From positions 64,001 through 128,000 of the forward strand of contig CAWHEP010000004.1 of NCBI GenBank assembly GCA_963828525.1: a stretch of 64,000 nucleotides of DNA. Reading direction: 5' to 3'. A program made the position numbers and the translations under genes. Position 1 is the stretch's first letter. Each line of letters starts with the position of its first letter. This stretch comes from an uncultured Verrucomicrobiae bacterium (GTDB lineage Bacteria; Verrucomicrobiota; Verrucomicrobiia; Chthoniobacterales; Chthoniobacteraceae). Positions 32,865-42,729 of this stretch are shown in pieces. The notes below the pieces were generated by a model, which was given only the letters and a program-made list of their open reading frames with translations, was not told where the DNA came from and ran no database searches.

Positions 32865-33650
32865 TTAGCCGCCGTACGGGAAAACGACATTGAGCAGGAG
32901 GGAAAGGAAAAAATTCGAAACCAGGATGGCCAGCGAGCCGATGACCACTGCTTCCGTTGGCGCGCGTCCCACCCCCACCGCGCCTTCTTTCGCATTCAGC
33001 CCTTGATGGCAACTGATGAACACAATCAGGAATGAAAACACAAACCCTTTGGTGAGCGCCATTTTGACATCCCTCAATCCCGTAAATTTCTGCATGTAGT
33101 GGACGTAATAGACCCCAGGGATATCCATCAGGCCCACGCCAACGATGTAGCCAGCGATGATCCCTACACCCACGCATTCCGCTACCAGCAGTGGCATGGA
33201 AATCATCATGGCCAGCGTGCGGGGTACTACCAGATAGTCGACGGGATAAACGCCCAACGCGCGCAATGCGTCAATTTGCTCCGTCACCTTCATAGTGCCG
33301 ATCTCCGCTGACATTGCCGCGCCCACGCGGCCCGCCACCATCAAACCTGTGAGGACAGGCCCCAGCTCCCGGAACATCGAGACCGCTACAACGGAACCAA
33401 CGGCAGAGTCCATCCCCAGTGAGTGAAACTGGAAGTAGGTTTGCGCCGCGAAAACGGCTCCCGTAAACGCTCCGGTCATGATCACGACAAGTTGCGACCT
33501 GAAGCCAACCTCCAGTATCTGGCTTACAAATAGACCCCAGCGAATGGGCGCTGTGCAAATGGAGCGGAATGTATCAGCGGCAAGAAGGACGAGTTCCCCG
33601 ACGTAGGAGACGAATGAAAGAAGGGAGCGGCCAACAAACTGGATCGGCAT
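32865..33650 (-). CDS. mlaE: MlaE-type ABC permease
   Basis: RELGPVLTGLMVAGRVGAAMSAEIGTMKVTEQIDAL. Confidence 0.95.
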   Translation of the reverse strand: MPIQFVGRSLLSFVSYVGELVLLAADTFRSICTAPIRWGLFVSQILEVGFRSQLVVIMTGAFTGAVFAAQTYFQFHSLGMDSAVGSVVAVSMFRELGPVLTGLMVAGRVGAAMSAEIGTMKVTEQIDALRALGVYPVDYLVVPRTLAMMISMPLLVAECVGVGIIAGYIVGVGLMDIPGVYYVHYMQKFTGLRDVKMALTKGFVFSFLIVFISCHQGLNAKEGAVGVGRAPTEAVVIGSLAILVSNFFLSLLLNVVFPYGG

Positions 33651-33722
33651 ATTGAGATCGATGTTTCGTTCCACCTTTAGGTCTGGTGAAACTGCGTTAA
33701 AGCGGGAGGACAAACGCCCCAC

Positions 33723-34007
33723 TCAAACTGCGCCGGGAGACTCGAATGCTGAAAGCAACTGCGTTTTGCTCTTCTGATTCAGCTCTGCCGGGATGTTGCC
33801 AACGATCCGGGCTTCCAGCTTCAACTTGCTGAAAATCGCGTGAATCTCATCGATCGTGAGAGTCGGCACGTCAAAGTCCAGATAGACGATGTCGTGATTG
33901 CTGTCGATCTTATACCGCAACGAAGGTACTGCCTCAAGCTCGTGATCGAGCGCGAGAATCTTCTCGAGGCTGCGAACGCCTGCTGCATAAACCTCTACTT
34001 CAATCAT
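33723..34007 (-). CDS. Hypothetical protein (small alpha/beta, possibly ferredoxin-like fold)
   Basis: MIEVEVYAAGVR..YKIDSNHDIVYLDF; leads the mla operon. Confidence 0.65.
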   Translation of the reverse strand: MIEVEVYAAGVRSLEKILALDHELEAVPSLRYKIDSNHDIVYLDFDVPTLTIDEIHAIFSKLKLEARIVGNIPAELNQKSKTQLLSAFESPGAV

Positions 34008-34151
34008 ACGCGTGGCATGGTGGTAACACACAAGTTTGTACCCGCCCAGCGTTGAATTGCAAAGAGAATGTTCGCATCCGTCGGCGGATTTCATTGAAAG
34101 TGATTTTAGGAACGATTAACAATGCGCGAGCCACCAGTTAGCTTCCGGTAA

Positions 34152-34790
34152 ATGTCCCATCCACAGGCAGTTCCTTCTCTCCGCGGCGTCCCCCTCCGAT
34201 GCGGTGTGGCGGAATGCTGGCTTGGCTTTGTCCTGGTCGTCGCTTCGGAAGAAGGCGCGCGCGAAATTACGCTTGGAGATTCACGGGAGGGACTGATTCA
34301 GCAGGCAAAATGTAATTTCCCCGATTCCATCGCTTATGAAGGTGGAGACGACGATGTTTTGGCCGCTGTGCTGCGCCTCATTGAGCGTCCGGAATCGCCC
34401 CCCGAAGTGCCTTTGGATATTCGCGGCACCCCCTTTCAGCGCAGCGTGTGGAAAGCTCTTCGCGCCATTCCTCCGGGATCCACGATGAGCTATGCTGAAG
34501 TTGCCCGCCAGATAGGCGCCCCCGGTTCTCACCGCGCGGTCGCCAGCGCTTGCTCTGCCAACCGTCTCGCCATCGCCATTCCTTGCCACAGGGTGGTGAG
34601 CTCGGATGGCAGCCTTTCCGGCTTCAGGTGGGGCGTGGAACGCAAACGGGCTCTCCTGGCGCGTGAAGCTGCGTCGCGCCCCCGTCTCTCCCTTAACCGC
34701 CAGCAGGGTGGAAAGCCCGTTCCATTGGATGCATGGTACTTGTTGTTGAAGATGAGAAGAAGACGGCGGCTTTCATCCGCAAAGCCTTAA
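34152..34790 (+). CDS. ogt: Methylated-DNA-protein-cysteine methyltransferase (Ogt/Ada C-terminal); true stop may be earlier
   Basis: GTPFQRSVW, SYAEVA, RAVASAC, IPCHRVV. Confidence 0.9.
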   Translation: MSHPQAVPSLRGVPLRCGVAECWLGFVLVVASEEGAREITLGDSREGLIQQAKCNFPDSIAYEGGDDDVLAAVLRLIERPESPPEVPLDIRGTPFQRSVWKALRAIPPGSTMSYAEVARQIGAPGSHRAVASACSANRLAIAIPCHRVVSSDGSLSGFRWGVERKRALLAREAASRPRLSLNRQQGGKPVPLDAWYLLLKMRRRRRLSSAKP

Positions 34791-35401
34791 AGTCGGAAGG
34801 GTTTGCCGTGGACGTCGTTCACGATGGAATCCAAGCCATTGATTTCGCCGCAAGCTGCAACCTCGATGCGATCATCCTCGATATCATGCTCCCGGGGCGT
34901 GATGGACTGAGCGTCTTGCGATCCATCCGGGAGCGCAGGATCTCCACCCCCGTTTTGCTTCTCTCCGCTCGCGGGGAGGTTGCCGAACGCGTAGATGGGT
35001 TGAACGCGGGCGCGGACGATTACCTGCCAAAGCCATTTGTTCTCTCGGAGCTCATAGCTCGCGTCAGAGCGCTTGGGCGCCGTTCGGGCTCGCAGACGGC
35101 GGTGGAGTTGAAGGTGGCAAACTTGCGGCTAAATACACTCACACGAACCGCGCAGCGTGACGATGTGGCGATTGACCTTACCTCTCGCGAATACCTGCTG
35201 CTGGAATTTCTAATGCGCTCCACCGGAAGGATCTGCAGCCGTTCGTTGATCCTTGAACAAGTCTGGGAATACACCTTCGACCCTGGCACCAATCTCATTG
35301 ATGTTTATGTAAAGCGATTGCGTGAAAAGATTGACATGTCGTTTACACCCAAGTTGTTGCATAACGTGAGAGGAGTCGGTTATGTCCTCAGGGTTGAATA
35401 A
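34733..35401 (+). CDS. OmpR-family response regulator (CusR/CzcR-like)
   Basis: VVEDE, LDIMLP, GADDYLPKPF, FDPGTNLIDVYV, VRGVGY. Confidence 0.95.
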   Translation: MVLVVEDEKKTAAFIRKALKSEGFAVDVVHDGIQAIDFAASCNLDAIILDIMLPGRDGLSVLRSIRERRISTPVLLLSARGEVAERVDGLNAGADDYLPKPFVLSELIARVRALGRRSGSQTAVELKVANLRLNTLTRTAQRDDVAIDLTSREYLLLEFLMRSTGRICSRSLILEQVWEYTFDPGTNLIDVYVKRLREKIDMSFTPKLLHNVRGVGYVLRVE

Positions 35402-36487
35402 ATGACCCTTCGCTCGAAGCTCTCCGTGTGGTTCGGCGTAGTCCTCGTCGCGTCGCTGTTGATCAACGGCGCGCTCTTATATGAAGAATGGGTTGTGGAA
35501 CCCCGGCAAGGCCACCACGAGGATGAGGAAACGGACGGTCCGCCCATCAATGACTTGTGGCAGGCTGTCCTTACTTGCGCCATCCCCGCTGTCCTGATCG
35601 GTGTGGGCGGAGGCTGGCTGCTCATGCGCAGAGCATTGCAGCCCGTAGTCGCGCTGACGTTCGCCGCCGAGAGGGTAAATGAGAATAACCTCCGAACCGC
35701 GCTGCCGCGCACGGGTAACGGAGATGAACTCGACCGCCTGACGGCGGTTTTCAACAATATGACCGCCCGACTGGCCGCTTCATTCGAGCGAATAAGGGAG
35801 TTTACCCTGCGCGCTTCGCACGAGCTAAAGACACCTTTGACCATCATGCGCGCGAACATTGAGACCACCATCCGCAGCGATGCCTCCATCGAAGATCAGC
35901 GCGGCTATTTGATGGATCAGGTCGACGAGATCGATCGGCTGGCAAAAATTGTCGATGGCCTGACGCTTTTGACCAAGGCTGACGCTGGCGAGATTCGGCT
36001 GAAGGCCGAGCCTGTTGGGCTCGGAGAGCTTGTCCAAGAGGTGTTTGCCGACGGCCAGGTGTTAGCGCGGGCAAATGCCATCTCCGTTGAGCTTCTTGCG
36101 CTTGAGACCGCTACCGTCACCGGAGACAATTCCCGACTTCGTCAAATGCTTCTGAACCTGGTGGACAACGCGGTGAAATATAACGTTCCCCAGGGTTCCG
36201 TTTCGATTTCTTTGCGGTCGATTGATGGGGCGGCGGACATCGAAATCACCAATACAGGAGCAGGTATCGACCAGGAGATGCTTCCCAGGGTGTTCGATCC
36301 ATTTTTCCGCGGCGATCCTTCGCATACCCGGGAGGTTGAGGGGAGCGGTCTCGGTCTCGCAATCGTGCGTTGGATTGTGACGGCTCACGGTGGCAGGATC
36401 ACGCTCGCGTCAGAGCCAGGCCTTTGCACGAGAGTTCGGGTGAGCCTCCCTCTCGCTGCGCGAGGGCGGGGAAATCCTGAAGAATGA
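35402..36487 (+). CDS. HAMP sensor histidine kinase with short His/acidic periplasmic loop
   Basis: Two TMs flanking GHHEDEETD, HAMP, ASHELKTPL, NLVDNAVKY, GSGLGL. Confidence 0.95.
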   Translation: MTLRSKLSVWFGVVLVASLLINGALLYEEWVVEPRQGHHEDEETDGPPINDLWQAVLTCAIPAVLIGVGGGWLLMRRALQPVVALTFAAERVNENNLRTALPRTGNGDELDRLTAVFNNMTARLAASFERIREFTLRASHELKTPLTIMRANIETTIRSDASIEDQRGYLMDQVDEIDRLAKIVDGLTLLTKADAGEIRLKAEPVGLGELVQEVFADGQVLARANAISVELLALETATVTGDNSRLRQMLLNLVDNAVKYNVPQGSVSISLRSIDGAADIEITNTGAGIDQEMLPRVFDPFFRGDPSHTREVEGSGLGLAIVRWIVTAHGGRITLASEPGLCTRVRVSLPLAARGRGNPEE

Positions 36488-36502
36488 CTAAACTGTCATT
36501 CT
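36481..36502. promoter_or_regulatory. CusR-box-like palindrome
   Basis: AGAATGAC-TAAACT-GTCATTCT perfect 8-bp inverted repeat resembling ATGACAANNTTGTCAT. Confidence 0.7.
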
Positions 36503-36595
36503 TCCTGCCACAGTCTGTTCATTAACCGTCTCTACGGTCTCAGTCGTTGGCGGAACACCGCTGGCACAACCCCAAAATCGAAAGAAACAAAACGC

Positions 36596-37009
36596 ATGAA
36601 AGTGAATGTAATCATCAAAACAGTGTTCGCCTTTACAGTTCTGGCTACGCTAGGGACTGCTGGAGCCAAAGAAAAGAGCGAGGCGGAACTGATGTCGAAA
36701 GCAAAGGTCACCAAGGCCGAGGCTGAAAAGACCGCGCTTGCGAAAGTGCCGGATGGCAAAATCAAGGCGACCGAACTCGAAGAGGAGAAGGGCAAGCTGA
36801 TCTGGTCCTTTGACATAGCCCGCCCTGGCACGAACGACACGACCGAGGTGCATATTGACGCGATCACCGGCAAATTCCTCGGCACAGAGATCGAGACGGC
36901 TGAACAGAACGCGAAAGAGGTAAAGGAAGACAAGGAAAAAGACGAGAAGGGCGAAAAAGACGAGAAGGGTGAGAAAGACGACAAGGGCGGGAAGGGCGAG
37001 AAGGATTAA
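36596..37009 (+). CDS. Secreted PepSY-domain protein with repetitive EKDEKG tail
   Basis: Signal peptide, AEAEKTALAKVPDG, ELEEEKGKLIWSFDI, EVHIDAITG. Confidence 0.88.
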   Translation: MKVNVIIKTVFAFTVLATLGTAGAKEKSEAELMSKAKVTKAEAEKTALAKVPDGKIKATELEEEKGKLIWSFDIARPGTNDTTEVHIDAITGKFLGTEIETAEQNAKEVKEDKEKDEKGEKDEKGEKDDKGGKGEKD

Positions 37010-37028
37010 TCAGCGGACCCTGTGATTC

Positions 37029-37060
37029 GAGGCTGCGGGTAAGCGCCCGCAGCCTCTTTT
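37029..37060 (+). terminator. Rho-independent terminator between the PepSY gene and the efflux genes
   Basis: GAGGCTGCGGG-taagcg-CCCGCAGCCTC stem followed by TTTT. Confidence 0.8.
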
Positions 37061-37113
37061 CTCGAAATTCTTTTTTCTTTCTGTCCGGCAATTCGCGAAT
37101 ACTCTGGCGCCTT

Positions 37114-38535
37114 ATGCTGAGCGCGCTGCGCTGCTCGGGTTGCCTTCGAATAACGGTGGAGTCTAGAGCAACCTTCCTTGGCGCGGTTGTAGTCATCTGC
37201 ATGGCGGGCTGCGCTATCTACCATCCAAAGCCACTCACGAGGGAAACGGTGGAGCGCGCTCTGAAGCCCGCTGAACCAAACATCCTCCGGATTGAGGCGG
37301 CTCGCGTTAAACACCCGCTTTTGAGGCCTGTTGTCATAAACCCTTCCGTTGGGATTGGACCCGATCAGGCCGCGATTATGGCGGTGCTCATGAATCCGGC
37401 CGTTGTGGCGGGACGCGATCGGCGCGGGTTGGCCGAGGCTCAACTTATCCAGGCAGGCATTCTGCCGAATCCCCAAGTCTCTTACAGCAAGGACTTCGTA
37501 ACGGGAGGCAACAGCGCTGGAGCGTTAAATGCTTTCGGCTATGGGGTGGCGTGGGATTTTACTTCCCTGCTCGGCCATGGCGCCAGGCGCGAGGCAGGCA
37601 GGTCTAATATACGTTCCGTGGATCTGGATATCGCTTGGGATGAATGGCAGGCCGCGCAAGGCGCGCGGATGCAACTTTACAAAGTTGTGGCTCTAGAAGC
37701 GGAGCTCAATGGCGCCCGCGAGGCTGATCGCGCTCTTAGGGACAACGTCAGCACACTTAAAACGGCTTCCGAGGCTCACGAGAAGACTGTGCTCGATCTC
37801 GCCGCGGCCGAATCGACAAGCCAGGATGCGCACGCCACGGCGTTGGAGCTGGAACAGGACCTCGGAAAGCAACGAATCCTTTTCAACAAGGCACTCGGGC
37901 TTCCCCCCGAAGCCCGCCCGCGCATCCAGTCTGACCTCATCCTGCCTTCCTCACTGCCGGTCCCGCCCGAGGGTGATCTGGTTGCGAAAATGGAATCCCG
38001 AAGACTGGATCTTCTGGCTCTTAAAGAAGGCTACAACAGCCAGGAAGCAACGGTGCGAGCCGCGATCCTTGCTCAGTTCCCAAAGATTTCCATCGGGTTT
38101 AATAAGGCGACTGATAACACCAACGTCCAATCAACCGGCTTCGCTGTAACTCTCGATCTGCCTCTATTCGACCGCAATCAAGGAACCATCGCCACCGAAA
38201 CCGCCACGCGTCAGAAGCTTTTTGACGAATACGCTTCCCGTGTGTTCGAAGGCAGGTCGGATATTGCCGCTGCTGTCTCTGATCTTCGCGCCCTCGACAG
38301 GCAGATCGCCGCTGCGGAAGAGGCAGTTCCCGTCCTCGAACGTCTCCTCCAAACCGCGCAAACTGCCATCAACCAGGGTAATACCGACGTTCTCAGCTAT
38401 TATGCCGCGCGCACCGGGCTGCTGCAAAAGAAGATCCAGGTCATCAAGCTTAAGGAACAACTTGCCGAGGCCCAGACCGCTCTCGAGATCGCCTCCGGTT
38501 GCTACCTTCCCGGCAGTCGCGCCTCTTCCAAATGA
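37114..38535 (+). CDS. TolC-family outer membrane efflux lipoprotein
   Basis: Lipobox-like MAGC, QAGILPNPQV, LDLPLFDRNQG, two-repeat helical architecture. Confidence 0.9.
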   Translation: MLSALRCSGCLRITVESRATFLGAVVVICMAGCAIYHPKPLTRETVERALKPAEPNILRIEAARVKHPLLRPVVINPSVGIGPDQAAIMAVLMNPAVVAGRDRRGLAEAQLIQAGILPNPQVSYSKDFVTGGNSAGALNAFGYGVAWDFTSLLGHGARREAGRSNIRSVDLDIAWDEWQAAQGARMQLYKVVALEAELNGAREADRALRDNVSTLKTASEAHEKTVLDLAAAESTSQDAHATALELEQDLGKQRILFNKALGLPPEARPRIQSDLILPSSLPVPPEGDLVAKMESRRLDLLALKEGYNSQEATVRAAILAQFPKISIGFNKATDNTNVQSTGFAVTLDLPLFDRNQGTIATETATRQKLFDEYASRVFEGRSDIAAAVSDLRALDRQIAAAEEAVPVLERLLQTAQTAINQGNTDVLSYYAARTGLLQKKIQVIKLKEQLAEAQTALEIASGCYLPGSRASSK

Positions 38536-39603
38536 AACGAATTCTAATAATAGCGCCGCGCTCGCGATCCTGGCCACCGCCGCTTTATGGTTCGCGCGCC
38601 ATCACGGCGCTGCTCAAGAGGGGGAAGCGGGAGACGTGGATGCCAAACAAGCCGTCGCCCATGTAAACGTCGCAAAATAGAGCGTAAAAACATATCTCAA
38701 AAAGTGGTCGCTTACGGGAGCGTCATCGGGCAGCCGGCGAAAATTCATTCATTTTCCGTTGCGTTCGAGTGCCGCGTGAGGCACATCCTTGTTGCCCCAG
38801 GCGAGTTCGTGGCGGCTGGCGCGGATTTGGCGGAGCTGGAGCCCAGCGCCGCCGCGCAGTTGCTGATGCAGCAGGCGAAGAATGCGGCGGACGCGAGCGA
38901 ACGCGACCTTAAGCAGACACAAGCGCGCTTCGCTCTAAAACTGGCCACAAACCAGGAATTGGGCGTCGCTCAGAAGGCCGCCCGAGACGCGGAACTGCAG
39001 ATGGAGAGTATCAGGAAACTGGGGACCGGAACTAACATCCGCCTGAAGGCGGATACGGCGGGCATCGTTGAGAAGCTGGATGCTCAGAACGGTCAGATCG
39101 TTCCAGTGGGCGGGCCTCTGGTTGAAATCGTGGCTAATGACGAGATCGAGGTGAAACTTGGTGTCGAAGCAGGGGATTTGGCGGGCTTGCAGACCGGTCA
39201 ACCGGTCAAGCTCATCCCGGTGAATGATCCAGCCGCCCAAGGCGTCGAGGGGCGGATCCGGCTGGTGACGCGGCGGATCGACCCATCCACCCGGCTTGTG
39301 GATGTTTATGTCTCGCTCGCTCCAGGCGCCAGGTTGCTTCTCGATGGCTACATCCGCGGCGAGATCGCGCGCACATCTACAAACGCGCTGGTCGTGCCTG
39401 CCGCGGCCTTGTTGCCGGAAGAGGAAGGCTTCAGTCTCTATACCGTCAAAAGCGGGGTGGCCGAGAAGCGGATAGTCGCTAAAGGTGTTGAAAGCGGTGA
39501 GGAGGTGGAGGTCGTCTCGCCGGAAGTGCAAGAGGGCGAGACGGTAATAACGGCAGGCAACTATGAATTGCAGGAGGGGATGCGTGTGGAAGAGGCCAAA
39601 TGA
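38532..39603 (+). CDS. RND periplasmic adaptor (membrane fusion protein); apparent frameshifts near 38555 and 38670
   Basis: VAPGEFVAAG, LKADTAGIV, IDPSTR, ALVVPAAAL; ATG overlaps the upstream stop. Confidence 0.85.
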
Positions 39604-42600
39604 GTCTTTCCACATGGGCGCATGCCCACTCCCGCTCCATCCTTTTCCTGCTGGGCGCCTTGGCTGCGGCAGGAGCAATCAGCAGCCTTTTCCTGCCGGT
39701 AGCTCTCTTTCCTGAGGTCAGTTTTCCGCGTGTTCGCATCGCCCTTGACGCGGGGGACAGGCCAGCAGAACAGATGGCTGCGGAGATCACCACGCCGGTC
39801 GAGGAAGCGGTGCGCTCGATACCCGGCGTGCGAGGGGTGCGTTCCACCACCAGCCGTGGCAGCGCTGAAATCTCGATAAATTTCGATTGGGGAGAAGACA
39901 TGGTAGCGGCCATGCTCGAGACGGAGTCCGAGGTGAACAAGATTCTGCCCACACTGCCCGCCGGCACCAGCTTTGAAGCCGAGCGCATGGATCCCACCAC
40001 CTTTCCGGTGATCGCCTATAGCCTCACCTCAGACACGAAGTCCCTTGTAGCTTTGAAGGATCTCGCGCTCTATACGCTGCGCCCGGCTCTTTCCACCGTT
40101 CCCGGAGTGTCGCGTGTCCTCGTCCAGGGCGGCCTGACAGAGGAGTTTCGCGTGGTTGTCTCTCCCGAAAAGCTGCAGTCCTTCCAGATGACGCTTGCGG
40201 ATGTTGCAAACGCCCTTTCCGCCGCGAACGTCCTGGTCGCGGTCGGACGGATGGAGCAGAACGACAAGCTGTACCTTGTAATCTCCGATACCCGGTTTCA
40301 GACGGTGGATCAGATCACGGCCACCGTCCTGCGCGCCACGCCTGGTGGCGTTGTTTTGTTGAGCGACGTGGCGCGCGTGGAGCATTCTACCGAGCCGGAG
40401 TGGACCCGCGTCACGGCGGACGGACATGACGCGGTCCTCTTTCAGGTGTATCAGCAGCCGGGCGGGAACACGGTGCAGATCGCCGACGGAATCAAGGCAA
40501 AGCTCAACGAGATCAGCCGGCAAATACCCTCAGACGCCCGTGTTTCAAACTGGTATGACCAGAGTGACCTCATCCTTGCTTCCGCGAACAGCACGCGCGA
40601 CGCCGTCTTCATTGGCGTTGGACTTGCCGCGCTGGTGCTGATCGTTTTTCTCCGGAATTGGAAGGTAACCCTCATCGCGGCGATCGCTGTGCCCGCGGTC
40701 CTCTCGACGACGATGCTGCTTCTTTACGGTCTTGGTATGAGTTTTAATATCATGACGCTCGGCGGCATGGCGGCCGCTGTGGGCCTCATCATCGACGACG
40801 CCATCGTAATGGTGGAGCACATCATCCGCCGTTTGCGGGCAGGGGAGGGGGAGAGCTACCGCCAGAATGTGCTGGTGGCAGCAGAGGAGTTTACCCGCCC
40901 GTTAGCTGGTTCCTCGATGGCAACCATCATCATCTTCGCCCCGCTCGCTTTTCTTTCAGGCGTTACCGGCGCCTTTTTCAAAGCATTGTCACTGACGATG
41001 GCAGCCAGTCTGGTAATCTCATTCCTGGTCGCGTGGCTTGCCGTGCCTGTGCTCTGCGCGCGCTGGCTCTCGGTGAAGGATGCCGAAGCGGAAGAGAGCG
41101 GCGCCTTCATGCACAGAGCGCATGGCGCCTACTCTCGCCTGATGCGCTGGCTCCTTCCCCGCCCCTGGCTTGTCCTGCTTTTCCTCCTGCCGCTGCTTCT
41201 TGGTGGATGGCTGGCCTACCAAAACGTGGCATCCGGATTCATGCCGACGATGGATGAAGGAGGGTTCATCCTGGATTACGTTTCCCCACCGGGAACGTCC
41301 CTCGCGGAGACAGATCGGTTGCTGCGCCAGGTAGAGGGTATCCTTCGCCAAACACCGGAAGTGCAGACTTACTCGAGGCGTACCGGGGCGCAACTGGGCG
41401 GCGGGGTTTCCGAGGCGAACATCGGCGACTTTTTTGTGCGCCTCAAACCACTGCCTCGCCGGGACATCGACGAGGTAATGGACGATGTCCGCAAAGCGGT
41501 CGAGCACGACGTTCCGGGTCTTGAGATCGAGACAGCGCAGCTCATGGAGGATCTCATCGGCGATCTCACGAGCGTTCCGCAGCCGGTCGAGGTTAAGCTC
41601 CATTCCAACAACGAGAAGATACTGGCCGAGGTCGCTCCGAAAGTCGCCGACGCCATCGGGAAGATAAACGGGATTGTAGAAGTGAAGGATGGCATTGTTC
41701 CCGCTGGCGACGCTCTTAGCATCCGCGTGGACCGGGTCAAAGCCGCGATCGAAGGCATGGATCCCGACGTGATCACCAAAATCTTGAGCGATTCGCTTGG
41801 CGGCAACGTCACCACTCATATCCAACGAGGGCCGAAGGTCATCGGCGTCCGCGTTTGGATTCCCGGAACGGCGCGCGATTCAATGCGCGGCATCGCAAAT
41901 TTATTGCTCCGCGCTCCGGACGGACACCTGTTTCCGTTGAAGCGGGTGGCCGAACTCATCCCTATCACAGGCCAGCCGGAAATCACCCGCGAGGATCTGG
42001 GCCGCATGCTCGCGGTGACAGGCCGTATCGCCGGGCGCGATCTGGGCTCCGCCGTGCAGGATGTAAAGAAGGCACTGGATCAGCCTGGCCTTCTTCCCAA
42101 AGAAGTGACTTATGCCCTTGGTGGGTTGTACGAGCAGCAGCAAATTGCCTTTCGCGGGTTGACGATCATCCTCGTCGAAGCGGTCGCCCTGGTCTTCTTG
42201 CTCCTTCTGTTTCTCTACGAGAGCTTTCGTGTCGCGGCCGCGATGTTGCTGACCACCCTTTTCGCCGTCGCCGGCGTTTACCTCGGCCTTTGGCTTACCG
42301 GCACCGAATTTAACATCACCTCGAGGATGGGCATGACTATGGTCGTTGGCATCGTTACGGAGATCACCATATTTTACTACTCGGAATATCGCGACTTGCC
42401 CGAGACCGCGGACCGATTCATCGTTGCTGGCATAAACCGCATGCGCCCCATCACGATGACGGCGCTCGCGGCGATCCTGGCACTTCTTCCGCTTGCGCTT
42501 GGAATTGGCCAGGGGTCTGCCATGCAACAGCCGCTCGCGATAGCGATCATCTCAGGATTGGTGTTCGCTCTGCCTCTTGTGCTTGTGGTCATGCCCGCGC

Positions 42601-42644
42601 TGCTTGCCATTTTCGGGAACAGACAACCCGCCAGCCTCGCCTGA
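39600..42644 (+). CDS. RND efflux transporter permease subunit
   Basis: LPVALFPEVSFP, NIMTLGG..IIDDAIVMVE, RMRPITMT, MQQPLAIAIISG. Confidence 0.95.
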   Translation: MSLSTWAHAHSRSILFLLGALAAAGAISSLFLPVALFPEVSFPRVRIALDAGDRPAEQMAAEITTPVEEAVRSIPGVRGVRSTTSRGSAEISINFDWGEDMVAAMLETESEVNKILPTLPAGTSFEAERMDPTTFPVIAYSLTSDTKSLVALKDLALYTLRPALSTVPGVSRVLVQGGLTEEFRVVVSPEKLQSFQMTLADVANALSAANVLVAVGRMEQNDKLYLVISDTRFQTVDQITATVLRATPGGVVLLSDVARVEHSTEPEWTRVTADGHDAVLFQVYQQPGGNTVQIADGIKAKLNEISRQIPSDARVSNWYDQSDLILASANSTRDAVFIGVGLAALVLIVFLRNWKVTLIAAIAVPAVLSTTMLLLYGLGMSFNIMTLGGMAAAVGLIIDDAIVMVEHIIRRLRAGEGESYRQNVLVAAEEFTRPLAGSSMATIIIFAPLAFLSGVTGAFFKALSLTMAASLVISFLVAWLAVPVLCARWLSVKDAEAEESGAFMHRAHGAYSRLMRWLLPRPWLVLLFLLPLLLGGWLAYQNVASGFMPTMDEGGFILDYVSPPGTSLAETDRLLRQVEGILRQTPEVQTYSRRTGAQLGGGVSEANIGDFFVRLKPLPRRDIDEVMDDVRKAVEHDVPGLEIETAQLMEDLIGDLTSVPQPVEVKLHSNNEKILAEVAPKVADAIGKINGIVEVKDGIVPAGDALSIRVDRVKAAIEGMDPDVITKILSDSLGGNVTTHIQRGPKVIGVRVWIPGTARDSMRGIANLLLRAPDGHLFPLKRVAELIPITGQPEITREDLGRMLAVTGRIAGRDLGSAVQDVKKALDQPGLLPKEVTYALGGLYEQQQIAFRGLTIILVEAVALVFLLLLFLYESFRVAAAMLLTTLFAVAGVYLGLWLTGTEFNITSRMGMTMVVGIVTEITIFYYSEYRDLPETADRFIVAGINRMRPITMTALAAILALLPLALGIGQGSAMQQPLAIAIISGLVFALPLVLVVMPALLAIFGNRQPASLA

Positions 42645-42729
42645 CTTGAGTACCTGAGGACATGGGCCGCGCTCCGGCGCGTCCGACTCCGTCTTGACAT
42701 ACCGGTTGCCGGTCCCGCATCGTATCTTG

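Noticed and set aside
34733..34790. Functional 58-nt overlap of ogt and the response regulator
   Set aside because: The ogt tail is not family-like and the regulator start looks indel-shifted (MHVLVVEDE expected); probably an artefact.
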